This document shows positions 17,427 through 27,941 of a stretch of DNA of 64,000 nt, piece by piece. The position numbers and the translations under genes are program-made. The stretch comes from Candidatus Peregrinibacteria bacterium. GTDB lineage: Bacteria; Patescibacteriota; Gracilibacteria; UM-FILTER-43-11. The stretch spans positions 892,359 through 956,358 of the forward strand of contig CP064978.1 of NCBI GenBank assembly GCA_016699515.1, given 5' to 3'. A model generated the notes under the pieces. That model was not told the DNA's origin and ran no database searches. It was given only the letters and a program-made list of their open reading frames with translations. Numbering within the stretch: position 1 is the first letter of the stretch; each line of letters opens with the position of its first letter.

Positions 17427-18080
17427 ATGTCTTTCAATAAATCTCATGTGCAGGAACTGATGGCGGAATTTCAGTCAAACCATGTGGTTATGGTGGCCGT
17501 TTGTAAAGGCCGAACGCGCGCCGAGATCAATGAATTGGTTGCGCTGGGCGTGACTCACATTGGGGAAAATCGCCTGCAAGAAGCGCAAGAAAAATTGATG
17601 GGCTTGCCCAGTGGCATCACAAAACATTTTATCGGCCACCTGCAAACCAACAAAGCGGCTGGAGTGGTGCACTTGTTTGACGTCATTCAAAGTGTGGATC
17701 GACTCAAGTTGGCCCAGGCCATTGATCGTGCTGCCGAACAAGCGGGCAAAGTAATGCCCGTTTTAATTCAAGTTAATACAAGCCTGGAGCCGCAAAAAAG
17801 AGGGGTTTCGCCTTCTGAATTGGAGGCGTTGGTTCGCGATATGATGGTCTTGAGTCACCTACGAATTGTGGGACTCATGACGCTGGCGGTTCGTTCGACC
17901 GACTCGGTTTTGGTGCGCCAAAATTTTAAAAAACTGCGAGAGCTTTTTGACTTAATAAAAACAAAAAACCCTTCACTTGAACTAAAATATTGTTCAATGG
18001 GAATGAGCGGTGATTATCCGCTCGCTTTGAGTGAAGGCGCCACGATGGTGCGGATCGGCCGGGGGCTTTTTAGCGACTAG
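17427..18080 (+). CDS. yggS: YggS-family pyridoxal-phosphate homeostasis protein
   Basis: VAVCKGRT, HIGENRLQEA, HFIGHLQTNK, MGMSGDY. I chose the internal ATG at 17427 over the ORF-track start. Confidence 0.8.
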   Translation: MSFNKSHVQELMAEFQSNHVVMVAVCKGRTRAEINELVALGVTHIGENRLQEAQEKLMGLPSGITKHFIGHLQTNKAAGVVHLFDVIQSVDRLKLAQAIDRAAEQAGKVMPVLIQVNTSLEPQKRGVSPSELEALVRDMMVLSHLRIVGLMTLAVRSTDSVLVRQNFKKLRELFDLIKTKNPSLELKYCSMGMSGDYPLALSEGATMVRIGRGLFSD

Positions 18081-18672
18081 CCCCTTGGGTCATTTCGTCG
18101 ATACGGCGAGCGGTGGTTTTGCCTGTGATGGCGTCGATTCCCGCGGAAGTGGGTGATGGCCCTTGCCGCTCCCCTTCGGCCTGAATGCTCGCACGTTCGT
18201 CGGCAGCATTAATGATATCGGCAATATTTTGGTTTAATTCCCCCTTGATCATTGCCTCTAATTTCGGCCCAAAAACCTCCTTCACCTTGGCGTATCTTGC
18301 GTTGATGTCGCTCGGCTGGTCACCTTTGAACCATTGGGGATGCTCGTTTTTTGTTGCTGCGATTACGCTCTGAAGTTCGCTAACCGATTGCTCAAGTAGT
18401 TGGTTCATGTGCGTCGCATAATCCTTTAGCGCTTGATTCACCGCTGCCTCATTGTCAATCACCAAAAATCCTGTGTATTCTTTGAGTGCTGCGGTTTTAA
18501 AGGCATTTAACTGACTTTGAACCAAATCGGTTTGATCCTGCAAATACAACGCCAAATGTTCGTTTTCCTTGGCCAATTGCCCCAAATTTTCTGGGGAAAA
18601 ATTGACTTCGATTTGGTGGACGGCGGATTCAGGATTTTGAGTGACTTTTACGGGTTCGAATACTTCTGGCAT
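18070..18672 (-). CDS. Hypothetical coiled-coil protein (200 aa)
   Basis: Clean ORF abutting the upstream ORF (a 2-nt gap to 18675). No motif recognised. Confidence 0.5.
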   Translation of the reverse strand: MPEVFEPVKVTQNPESAVHQIEVNFSPENLGQLAKENEHLALYLQDQTDLVQSQLNAFKTAALKEYTGFLVIDNEAAVNQALKDYATHMNQLLEQSVSELQSVIAATKNEHPQWFKGDQPSDINARYAKVKEVFGPKLEAMIKGELNQNIADIINAADERASIQAEGERQGPSPTSAGIDAITGKTTARRIDEMTQGASR

Positions 18673-18674
18673 AA

Positions 18675-19004
18675 TTAAAGATTAGAAAGTAGAGAGTCTG
18701 CTGCGGAGTCGTCTTGGTTTTTTTTGGTGTTCTCTGCCTGCTTAAGGACCTGCTTTTTTTCTTCTTGAAGATGATACGAGATGGTATTGAGTGAGTCGCC
18801 TGTTTGCTTAAGTAAGGCGTTTTGTTTTTGCATAAATTCGTGATTGACCGCCAACATTCTTTGCGCAGTATTCAAATAATCGACGATTCGCTGTTTTTCG
18901 TCTTCGGTAAATAGATCGATTTGCTTAATAATACGCTGATAGTTTTCGGCGGTTAGCAAGTCGCGATTTTGATCGATGGTTTTTAATACCTCCGCTTTGG
19001 TCAT
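18675..19004 (-). CDS. Hypothetical coiled-coil protein (109 aa)
   Basis: Clean ORF with a heptad-like charged sequence. Confidence 0.5.
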   Translation of the reverse strand: MTKAEVLKTIDQNRDLLTAENYQRIIKQIDLFTEDEKQRIVDYLNTAQRMLAVNHEFMQKQNALLKQTGDSLNTISYHLQEEKKQVLKQAENTKKNQDDSAADSLLSNL

Positions 19005-19039
19005 TTTTTGTTTTGTTTTCCTTTCATTATAGCAAAAAA

Positions 19040-19720
19040 TCAGTCTTTAAGCAATAAAGTGATGTAATTGGCTATCGCGATCATAAGGCCCTGAAAACGC
19101 TCAAAGCTTCGTGAATCACCCCCGTTTTTTAAATACACCGCTTTTAATGCGTTGTAATGGGTGTTTTCCTCTCTTAGCACAGCCATTAAGGCGGCGGCTT
19201 CTTCGACCAGTCGATCGGTTTCGCTGGCGTCTTTACTGTCAATGGATGCTTGAATCTGTTCAATTAACCCTAAAAAATGGCTATAGGATTCTATTTCATC
19301 AAAGCCAATTTCTTGGGTAAGCGCTGATAATTCCTGCAATGGAAACATTGCTATCTGTGTGTGGATCTGCTCTTTGAAATCTGGAACCCCTTGTTTTTCG
19401 GCTGGTTGAGCAACCGCGACCGCATCCGGCGCGAAACGAACCGGCATTGAACGGGGGCCATCGGCGGAAGTTGGGGCGGAATCGAGTGGGGATGCTACCC
19501 CCTTTTGGGGGGTTTTTCCCGGCAGCATTGGTTTGGACTTCTCCTCCGACCGAACGGATTCAGTCCTTCTTTGCACAGCACAAGGGGCGATAAGTAGGGC
19601 ACCCACCACCGCCAACCCCGCCGCCCGGCGAACCCAAGTACACAGCTTTTCATAGCCGTCGCTCGGTTCGGTTAGACTTTCACGGGCACAACCCCCTCCA
19701 GTTTGTTCGCTATTTCGCAT
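19040..19720 (-). CDS. Hypothetical single-pass membrane protein
   Basis: One TM (RRAAGLAVVGALLIAPCAV), a Pro/Ser-rich linker and a helical C-terminal domain. The start codon is uncertain. Confidence 0.45.
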   Translation of the reverse strand: MRNSEQTGGGCARESLTEPSDGYEKLCTWVRRAAGLAVVGALLIAPCAVQRRTESVRSEEKSKPMLPGKTPQKGVASPLDSAPTSADGPRSMPVRFAPDAVAVAQPAEKQGVPDFKEQIHTQIAMFPLQELSALTQEIGFDEIESYSHFLGLIEQIQASIDSKDASETDRLVEEAAALMAVLREENTHYNALKAVYLKNGGDSRSFERFQGLMIAIANYITLLLKD

Positions 19721-20067
19721 TTGAAAAATAAGTAATATATAAACTCATACATATATATTTTTGTCTCTATTTCATATACTCTTAACATTTGTCGGGTGTT
19801 CGGCAAACAGTTCTGACGATATTTGCCTCCGTCGGGTTGAAAATTTTTCCGGGGAATTATGGGTTTTTCGGCAGGAGCAGGTGTTTGTTGTGAAGCTTTT
19901 GGCCAGTTACATCCTCGGATTGCCAATACTGCGGCAAGTGCACCTAAAACCAATAGACCAAAAATTCTACTGCGAGTTACTTCGCTCGGCGTCATAGGGC
20001 CATATTCATCCTCATGTCGCTCTTCTTGTTCGTCGAGTGGAGGAGGCAGGGTTTCAGCTTGGGGCAT
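19672..20067 (-). CDS. Hypothetical single-pass membrane protein (3' end uncertain)
   Basis: An acidic N-terminus then a TM (RIFGLLVLGALAAVLAI). The ORF runs on into AT-rich sequence, which may be read-through. Confidence 0.4.
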   Translation of the reverse strand: MPQAETLPPPLDEQEERHEDEYGPMTPSEVTRSRIFGLLVLGALAAVLAIRGCNWPKASQQTPAPAEKPIIPRKNFQPDGGKYRQNCLPNTRQMLRVYEIETKIYMYEFIYYLFFKCEIANKLEGVVPVKV

Positions 20068-20100
20068 GCAACGGGATTAGGGGCAAAGAATGGATGCAGG

Positions 20101-22740
20101 TTAGTTATCGAGAGTGCGCTGTACTTTTTCTATTTTGAATGCTTCTAAAATATCCCCCACTTCCACCGGCTTGGGGGTTTTGATCTTAATTCCACACTCC
20201 GAGCCTTTTTCGAGCTCGGCCACCTCTTCTTTTACATGTTTCAAACTTTCCAATTTAGCCTCAAAGAGCAGCTCATCGTGGCGTTTCACCCGCACCAAAG
20301 CTTCTTTTTGAACGCGGCCTTCGGTCACTTTACAACCGGCAATGACCCAAATCTTTTTGTTAAGGAAGATTTGTTTGATTTCGAGTTTGCCCAGTTCGAT
20401 CACATTAATTTCGGGTTCCAGCATGCCAGACATGATCGCTTTTACATCTTCGATCAACTTATAAATGATGGTGTACTCTTTGATATCTACATGCTCTTTT
20501 TCTGCCAGTTTAACTACATGTGCATTGGCTTCTACATGAAAACCAACCAAAAGCGCTTGACTGGCTGATGCCATAATTACGTCGGTGTCGGAAATATTCC
20601 CCACGCCATAATGAATTACTTTTACCGCTATTTCATGGCCTTTGATTTTGTTCAGCGCTTGTGTGATCGCCTCGAGAGAACCTTTGGTGTCGGCCTTGAT
20701 CACCAATTTGAGATATTTCATATCTCCTTTATTGATTTGGGAGACAATGCGCTCCACCATTGAGCCCGATTGCGATTCGTCGTCCAAGCGTTTCATGTCG
20801 ATCAGTTGAGCCAATCGTTGTTTGGCCACTCGTTCGTTCTTGAACGCCTGAAGGATGTCGCCGGCTTTGGGTACTTCTGACAGACCCGAAATACGCGCCG
20901 CCCCCGAAGGAGGGCATTCTTTGAGCACATTTCCATTGTGGTCGTGCATCACTTTGATTTTCCCCAATGTGGTTCCTACCACTACTGAATCGGTAGCGTG
21001 CAGCGTTCCTGTATTGACCAAAATGGTTGCCACAGGCCCCAACGATGGATCGAGATGCGATTCGACCACCGTTCCTACCGCCAAGCGATTTGGATTGGCC
21101 TTCAGCTGCTCGACTTCGGCTACCAACAGAATCATTTCAAGCAAATCATCGATTCCCTGACCTGTATGAGCAGAAACCGGAGCGACCACCGTGCTCCCTC
21201 CCCAGTCTTCGGGCTGCAAACCATGCTCAACCAATTGACCCTTCACTTTATCTAAATTGGCATTGGGCTTATCGATCTTATTAATGGCAACAATGATGGG
21301 GACTCCCGCTTCTTTAGCGTGATTGAGCGCTTCGATGGTTTGCGGTTTTACTCCTTCGTCGGCGGCAACCACCAAAATCGCGATGTCGGTTACTTTGGCC
21401 CCACGGGCGCGCATCGACGTGAATGCTTCGTGACCCGGGGTATCCAAAAAGGTAATGAGTTTGCCGTTCTTTTCTACTTGATACGCTCCAATGTGCTGAG
21501 TGATTCCACCCGCTTCTGCGGCTACCACGTTGCTGCTGCGAATCGTATCGAGCAATTTGGTTTTTCCATGATCCACATGCCCCATGATGGTTACAATCGG
21601 AGGACGAGTTACCAGGAGCGACTTGTCTTCTTCAGCCATCAGGGCGTGCATATCGCCCGCCAGCAGATCTTCGGAACTGACTTCTTTTTCGGTCATTTTT
21701 ACTTCCACCCCCAAATCAGCCGCAACCAACATGGCCGTTTCGAAATCGAGTTGTTGATTAATGGTTGCCATAATGCCGTTTTTAAGCAAATTGGCAATAA
21801 CGTCCATAACGGGCAAACCACACTTTTCGGAAAATTCTTTTAGGCTGATGACGGCTGGAATTTCGATGACACCGGTTTTGGGTTTGATTTGTGGCTGGGC
21901 TTTATGGCCGCGCTTTTGACTGGTGGCGCGATGTTTTTTTTGATCGCGAAAGCGTTCTCGGTCCAATTCGCGTTCAAATTCAATTTCTTCCGCTCGAACG
22001 TTTTCGTCTGCTTGATAGTGTACGCGCGCCACATGCGGCTTGTTGGCGGCATGCGGATGACGCATGACTGAAAGAATTTCCTCTTCGGAATGTCGTTTTT
22101 TTCCTTTCTTTCCCTTGGTTTTGTAATACTTTTTAGGCAGGTGGCTGGTGTCACTTTCTGCCGGCTTAGTGTCCACTTCAATGCGGTGAGAAACGCGCAG
22201 TTGTGCAAAGCCCTTCTTGGGAAGGACCTTGATTTCATTTTTGGCGATCGCGGCGGCAATGCGGTCATTCACCGTTTCTTCGCGCTTTTCTTTTTTTGGT
22301 TCAGCCGCCCCTTTGGCTTTGGGCAAATCCACTTCATCGTTCACCGATGAATCGGCAACGGAACTTTCGCTCTCCTCATCGGTCTCTTTACTATCTTGCT
22401 CTTCTTGCATTGATACCTCCTCGGCTTTTTCGGTGATTTTTTCTTCTACCTGTCCTTCTTTTCCAACGATGAAAATGCGCTTTTCCTTTTTACCCTCTTC
22501 TTTTTTTTCCTTTTCGCTGGACGAAGCCACTCCTGATAAGTCTTCTTGGAACTCGCTTTCCACGCGTCGGTGGGTGAGCGTTGGCTTAACTTTTCCCTTA
22601 AGGAAGCGAACAATCCCTTTTCCTAAATTGTCGTCCACTTCGTGGGCAGCGCTATCGATCCCGAAATTGGTTTTGGTGAGTTCCTTTCGAAGCTCTTGAG
22701 TTGTGATGCGAAGCTCTTTCGCAATGTCCGCCAGACGCAT
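20101..22740 (-). CDS. infB: Translation initiation factor IF-2
   Basis: 879 aa with [13 protein letters not shown] and NKID G-motifs, a Lys/Glu-rich N-terminal region and an IF-2 C-terminal domain. Confidence 0.95.
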   Translation of the reverse strand: MRLADIAKELRITTQELRKELTKTNFGIDSAAHEVDDNLGKGIVRFLKGKVKPTLTHRRVESEFQEDLSGVASSSEKEKKEEGKKEKRIFIVGKEGQVEEKITEKAEEVSMQEEQDSKETDEESESSVADSSVNDEVDLPKAKGAAEPKKEKREETVNDRIAAAIAKNEIKVLPKKGFAQLRVSHRIEVDTKPAESDTSHLPKKYYKTKGKKGKKRHSEEEILSVMRHPHAANKPHVARVHYQADENVRAEEIEFERELDRERFRDQKKHRATSQKRGHKAQPQIKPKTGVIEIPAVISLKEFSEKCGLPVMDVIANLLKNGIMATINQQLDFETAMLVAADLGVEVKMTEKEVSSEDLLAGDMHALMAEEDKSLLVTRPPIVTIMGHVDHGKTKLLDTIRSSNVVAAEAGGITQHIGAYQVEKNGKLITFLDTPGHEAFTSMRARGAKVTDIAILVVAADEGVKPQTIEALNHAKEAGVPIIVAINKIDKPNANLDKVKGQLVEHGLQPEDWGGSTVVAPVSAHTGQGIDDLLEMILLVAEVEQLKANPNRLAVGTVVESHLDPSLGPVATILVNTGTLHATDSVVVGTTLGKIKVMHDHNGNVLKECPPSGAARISGLSEVPKAGDILQAFKNERVAKQRLAQLIDMKRLDDESQSGSMVERIVSQINKGDMKYLKLVIKADTKGSLEAITQALNKIKGHEIAVKVIHYGVGNISDTDVIMASASQALLVGFHVEANAHVVKLAEKEHVDIKEYTIIYKLIEDVKAIMSGMLEPEINVIELGKLEIKQIFLNKKIWVIAGCKVTEGRVQKEALVRVKRHDELLFEAKLESLKHVKEEVAELEKGSECGIKIKTPKPVEVGDILEAFKIEKVQRTLDN

Positions 22741-22824
22741 TAAAAAAGGGTTAAAGGCCCTAGTAAGGTACCACAGAGGGGTGAAAAAACAAAACCCAAA
22801 TATCCGGTGTTGTCCGACGTTTGG

Positions 22825-24616
22825 TTATGAATCTATTTCTTCACTTTTGGCGATGGAATGGGCGATGGCCAGAATGGTTTCTTTAAGCTCCACGGGGCCC
22901 TTCACCACGTAATGGCTCGCTTCATCCCGCGGGACGGTGGCGTAGAATATTCCATTTTCCGTATTTTCGGAGGTGGTTTTTTGGCCTGAATCCAACCACA
23001 ATTCAATCAATGCCTGGTCGAGCTCTTCCACCTCTTTATCGGCGAATCCCACCAGCCATAAATGCCCTTCTGCCGCGCCGAAACTACGAAAATACCAATT
23101 TTTTGGGTAGTAAACATCGAATTGTTTGTGGGTATTTTGGTAGAGCCTCATGTTGTCGAGTGCCACTTGAATAGGCACTAGCTTTTCTTCCGTAAGCTCA
23201 CCGGCTGGTTCGACTGGTTCGGCTGGTTCGACTGGTTCGGCTGGTTCGACTGGCTTAACCGGTTCGACAGGTTCCGGCTCGGCATTTTGAACTTTGGCAA
23301 TTTGAATCGCCTCGCCGGACACCAAAGCCCACTTTGTCTTTTTCTGCTCGATAGAGCGCTTTTTGGTTAAATTGAAGCGATGTGTTATTCACGAGGGTAT
23401 ACTGATACCCCGCCCGGAATGTTTCGCCGTTTTGGGTGTAAATTACAAAAAGGATTTGGTCGGATTCTACCACCTCGTGGCGCACCACTTCGGCGTCGGT
23501 CGGAATAAGGTTTTGTTGATTAAAAAAAGCGATCACATTGCGAGCGGAAGTAATCGGCTCGGTGGAATCGCTCTCTTGTTTTTCGGCGATGAGCGCATCC
23601 AATTGCGCCTGTCGATCCGCCTGCTCGTCAACATCAATTGATGCTTCGGGCATCTTGGGCTCATCTAAACACACATAGCCGGTGGGGCACTTGTTTTGAT
23701 TGTAGGTGCGTGGCTTGTAATTGGTGCAGCCGGCGGGCACGGGAACAAAGGGGCAATTCAAACTTTCGTCGGTTGAATTGATGGGCACACATACCCCTTC
23801 GGAAGCTTGATCGCCGCCATTCAATTCACAGCGAAATCCTTCGGCACAAGCCAGTTGCTCTGCCCCTCCGCATTGATCTCCACTTTTTACGGATGTTTGA
23901 GCGATTTGAATGCTTTCAATCATGGCTAAAAAGTCTCGCTCCACGTTTTCGTCTCTTTTGAGCAATTGAATTTGGATTACTTTTTGGCGGGCGGTGTTTT
24001 CGATATAAAAACGAATTGAGTCGCTGGCTTGAAAACGCAACGCTGACTTGCCCGAAATGGTTACCGGCTGCCCTACGCTATTTTCGCGATCAGCCACCCA
24101 TGCATCGAGCCCCAAATCGGTGTCGATTGTATTGATCTGAACTAGGTCTTCTGCATTGTGGCGAAAGGTAATACTGCCGACCCCCTCACGCTGTTCCCAG
24201 TATGCCGGATATTCAAAGGTAAGGTCGTCGCTGGCACTTTGGTATTGCTTCTTTTGCCCCAAAGCACTTTCGTCCGCCAATTCGATTTGTAATACATTAA
24301 ACACCTGTGTTTTATTGTCGATTAACGTTTGCATTTCGCCTTTCACTTGCACTTTTTGATCCACAAAATTCGACAGCGAAATGCGACTGCTTTGCAGGGC
24401 GATTTCTCCGGTTGCGGTTATCAGTTGATGCGTTCCTCTCTTAAAGCGATTCGAGTCGATTGGTTTTAGCACCCCGATGTACATTTGTGATGCCTCACCG
24501 GTATCGGTCATTTCGCTGCCCGGCTGATTGATGCGATCGTCTAAATTGGGAGTTTTGGGTTGGCAAGCGCTCACCATCAACAAGGTTACTACCGCTAGTA
24601 AAAATTGTTTTTTCAT
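22825..24616 (-). CDS. Large lipoprotein with Cys-rich middle region and PVEPAE tandem repeat (one frame break)
   Basis: Lipobox LLMVSAC. ORFs 23255..24616 and 22825..23325 join (break somewhere in 23310..23365). Tandem repeat at 23203..23280. Confidence 0.6.
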
Positions 24617-24678
24617 AATGCTTTTTTTATTGACGTAACTTATTATACCTAATGCATGACTTAATAATCAATTCGGAT

Positions 24679-25252
24679 ATGTTTATTGTGCTGGAAGGAT
24701 TGGATGGCGCTGGCACCACCACTCAGGCTGAGCGTTTGGCAGGGATGCTAACAAAGAAAGGGCGAACGGTTGTAAGGACCCAAGAGCCTACCGGGGAAGG
24801 TGACATTGGCCAATTGCTGAGAAGAATACTAAAAAAAGAGGTGAAGGTAAGTGCCGAAGCGCTGCAGCTTCTTTTTTGTGCGGATCGCGCGGAACATTTA
24901 AAAAATACTGTTGTTCCCGCTTTGGAGCGCGGCGCAGTGGTGATTTCGGACCGGTATTACTTTTCTACCGTGGCGTACGGGTCGTTGACGATTCCGGATT
25001 ATGAATGGCTTTATCAGCTCAACCGCCTGTTTTTAAAACCGGATTTGACCTTCCTTTTGTCGGTTTCACCGGAAACGTGCTTGGAAAGGATCCGTATGCA
25101 GCGGTGCTGGCGAACTTTTTGAACAAAAGGAAGCGCTCGTTAAGATTGATCAGACCTATCAGGCGATTATGAAAAATGATCCAAGTATTGTTGTGATCGA
25201 TGGAGAAAGGTCACCGGAAGCGATCACGGATGAATTGATTCGCTATATTTAA
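24679..25252 (+). CDS. tmk: Thymidylate kinase (one frame break)
   Basis: FIVLEGLDGAGTTTQ P-loop and DRYYFST. The C-terminal ..GAGELFEQKEALVKIDQTYQAIM.. is in another frame, with the break near 25095. Confidence 0.8.
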
Positions 25253-25263
25253 CCACTAAAAAA

Positions 25264-25292
25264 GACCTGCATCGAATGGTGCAGGTCTTTTT
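25264..25292. terminator. Bidirectional terminator between tmk and the pilin gene
   Basis: GACCTGCA-TCGAATGG-TGCAGGTC followed by TTTTT and preceded by AAA. Confidence 0.65.
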
Positions 25293-25305
25293 GATGATCG
25301 AACCA

Positions 25306-25876
25306 TTATCCACTCACACACATGGCTGGAGTAAGTGAGTTAGGAATTTGACAGCCTCCGTCGGTGTTGAATACTTCTACTCCTTCTGAAATTACATAAA
25401 CACGTGCGACGGTTCCGGTGGTGTCTTGGCACACATGATATCCGGTTCCCCGCTGCATTGTAGGTGCTGGTGTTGGGGTCTACAGGGATTTCTCGCAAGT
25501 AGTCGGGAATTAACACGGTGGAGCAATCAAAGGTGGAGTTTCCAGCGGGAGTTCCTAATTCTACTGCCCCTTCAAACGCACCTGTTCCAGCGCTAGCGCC
25601 ACTTAAATCTGGATCACATTCAGGAATAGCGGTTAAGGTGGGAGTGGCCCCCAATAAACAGCGTGGTAATGCTCCGCGAGCCGTAGGCGACGTTTGGAAT
25701 TGGTAAATAGCGCTTAAAATGGTTCCGATCTCTGACTTGCGTTCAGAGTCGTTTGCTTTACCGAACTGGCGGGCAGGATTGACTGCCACCAACACAATTC
25801 CAGCCAAGATTGATATGATCCCAATAACGATCAAAAGTTCGATCAGGGTGAAGCCTTTACGGTTGGTAGTTTTCAT
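25306..25876 (-). CDS. Type IV pilin (prepilin N-terminal methylation motif), one frame break
   Basis: KGFTLIELLIVIGIISILAG. The C-terminal Cys-containing part ..TGYHVCQDTTGTVARVYVISEGVEVFNTDGGCQIPNSLTPAMCVSG is in another frame, with the break at C4 25447..25450. Confidence 0.75.
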
Positions 25877-25896
25877 TGTAAATGGGTTAGTTATGT

Positions 25897-25942
25897 AAAA
25901 GCCTCGGCGTTCCTTGATTTCTTGAGGATAGGCCGAGGCTTT
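25897..25942. terminator. Hairpin between the two pilin genes (possible attenuator or terminator)
   Basis: AAAAGCCTCGGC (25897..25908) pairs with GCCGAGGCTTTT (25931..25942). Confidence 0.5.
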
Positions 25943-25959
25943 TATAAATCTACAAACGA

Positions 25960-26543
25960 TTATCCTGATACACACATGGCCGGAGTGGTGGTTCCAGGAA
26001 CTTCACAACCACCATCGGTATCGAATACTTCTACTCCTCTGGCAATCACATAAACACGAGAAACTCCTCCGGAAGTTGCTTGACAAACGTAGTATCCGGT
26101 CGCAGCAGTGCTGTAGGTATTGGTGTTTGGATCCACTGGGATTTCACGTAGGTAATCGGGAACCAAGGTGGTGCTGCAATCATAAGTGGCTGCTGTTACG
26201 GGCGAACCCAATTGTACTGCACCTTCGAAGCCCCCATTTCCGCTTCCAACACCGCTGTTATCTGGATCGCATTGAGGAATGGCAGTAGCGGTTCCTGGTG
26301 CAACCCCAACAAACATTGAGGCAATGCGCCACGAGCCGTGGGCGAGGTTTGGAATTGATAAATAGCACTCAGGATGGTGCCGAGTTCAGATTTGCGTTCT
26401 GAATCGTTTGCTTTACAGAACTGCTGAGCAGGATTAACTGCAACCAGAACGACTCCGGCAAGAATGGAAATAATACCGATCACAATCAAAAGCTCAATAA
26501 GAGTGAACCCTTTGGAGCGGTTAGGCAAAACATTTTTAAGCAT
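25960..26543 (-). CDS. Type IV pilin paralog (one frame break)
   Basis: KGFTLIELLIVIGIISILAG. ORFs 26196..26543 and 25960..26316 join at C4 26305..26308. It has the same C-terminal PAMCVSG end as the neighbouring pilin. Confidence 0.75.
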
Positions 26544-26667
26544 AACTTTTAATGTTTATTTAATAAAGTTAAACTCATTGTATCAAAAATTTGACCAACG
26601 ACAAGTTTTACCACCTTTTTAAAGCCAAAATACAATGGCTAAAATGAAAAAATAGTTTAAAAAATAT

Positions 26668-27240
26668 TTATTTCAAATACAGTCGAATGCTCATTTCAAT
26701 CGTGGACAAGCGACTTCGTTGTCCCTGATCCACAACATTATATTTTAAATCGAGTGACATGAGTTTGGTAATGAAGCTTGATTTTTCGATTTCGTACAGA
26801 GCCTCGTAAAGGGTTTGATCGAATGATTCGGGTATTTTAAAACTAACGTGGTAATCGGCATAGTGATCCATAAAAATTTGGCTTTGTTGCCCCCGAATGA
26901 TCACTTGCACTTCGGGGTCGATCGGCACAAAGAGGTTTTCTAAAAATCCAATGAAGGGGACGACTTCTTCAAAATCAGCAAAGGCTTTGTTGGCCACTAA
27001 ACTAATATCGCTCCCAACGATTTCTTGATCGGATGTTTCGATGATTCGCTTTAACCCAATGAATGCTTCTTCATCTTTTTTGATATCCGCTTGAATTTGA
27101 GTGATTTGGTCGCGGTATGAAAATCGAAACCATTGCAAAACGATTCCAGCCAGAAAAAAAATAAAAATCAATATAATTAAGGTGCGCAATAAACGGCTGC
27201 CTTTTAAGATACGCCAATAATTTAAATTAGAGTGATTCAT
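26668..27240 (-). CDS. pilO: PilO-like pilus assembly protein
   Basis: One N-terminal TM (LLRTLIILIFIFFLAGIVL) followed by a coiled coil, positioned after the PilM/PilN-like genes. Internal ATG at 27240 chosen. Confidence 0.45.
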   Translation of the reverse strand: MNHSNLNYWRILKGSRLLRTLIILIFIFFLAGIVLQWFRFSYRDQITQIQADIKKDEEAFIGLKRIIETSDQEIVGSDISLVANKAFADFEEVVPFIGFLENLFVPIDPEVQVIIRGQQSQIFMDHYADYHVSFKIPESFDQTLYEALYEIEKSSFITKLMSLDLKYNVVDQGQRSRLSTIEMSIRLYLK

Positions 27241-27941
27241 CGCTTGAATTAGTGGTTGGAGCAGGGTCGCCTGCGGGCGCGTCTGGCGTTTCTGGGGCTG
27301 GGTCACTTTCTGTCTCTTCAATGGCGTCAACCCCCTCTTGTGTGGCAGATGGGTCAGCGGTGACCTCTTCGTCGTTCGTTCCATGCAGTGAATCAAAAAC
27401 GGCGATCGGGTCGATGGTTAGATCAATATTAATGAAACGCTCGCCTTTGCCCACCAGATTGGAAAGGGGCGAAAAGACTTCGGAAAATAACGTCTGATTG
27501 CTGAGCAGTACGATGAAATTTTCGGTGGCCGGCCTGGAAAGTGCGCGCGCTCGCAACCGCATTAGCATTTCGTCGCGCGCGTTGACCGAAAAATTGGCGG
27601 TGAGCAAACTGACGTCGTCCGTGTTTAAGTCTTCAATCGATTTAATGAGAAAGTCGATCGGGATTGAGGTTTGCAAAATGGTAGCAATTTGGCTGGCCAG
27701 CTGAGCTTTTTGCTGATTGTGTTTTGCCACTTGATTGACATAGGGGTTGGCCAGTTTTCTTTCGAAATGGAGCGCTCTTTCAGCATGGCATTCAACTCGA
27801 AATAGCTGCTGGCCGTTGACATGCCCGAGAAGAGCAAAAGGCGGTCAAAACCGAAAATAGGCCCAACAAGCCGTTTCGTAGCATGGGATAGGTTTGTTTT
27901 TTTTGAAGCGCATCGCGCTTGTCGGTTGGGAGCAGATTGAT
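27227..27941 (-). CDS. pilN: PilN-like segment (several frame breaks; no stop separates it from PilM as assembled)
   Basis: GINLLP signature, a TM (LLGLFSVLTAF..), then a coiled coil and an acidic tail. Breaks are near 27752 and 27838. Confidence 0.45.

Noticed and set aside
21319-21843. 174-aa plus-strand ORF, and several others between 20114 and 22912, antisense to infB.
   Set aside because: They are antisense shadows of a 2.6-kb gene with unambiguous IF-2 motifs, and their sequences are low-complexity.
23203-23280. Possible CRISPR-like array, suggested by short exact direct repeats.
   Set aside because: The units are contiguous with no spacers and only 12-18 nt long. They sit in frame within a lipoprotein gene, and no cas genes are in the window.
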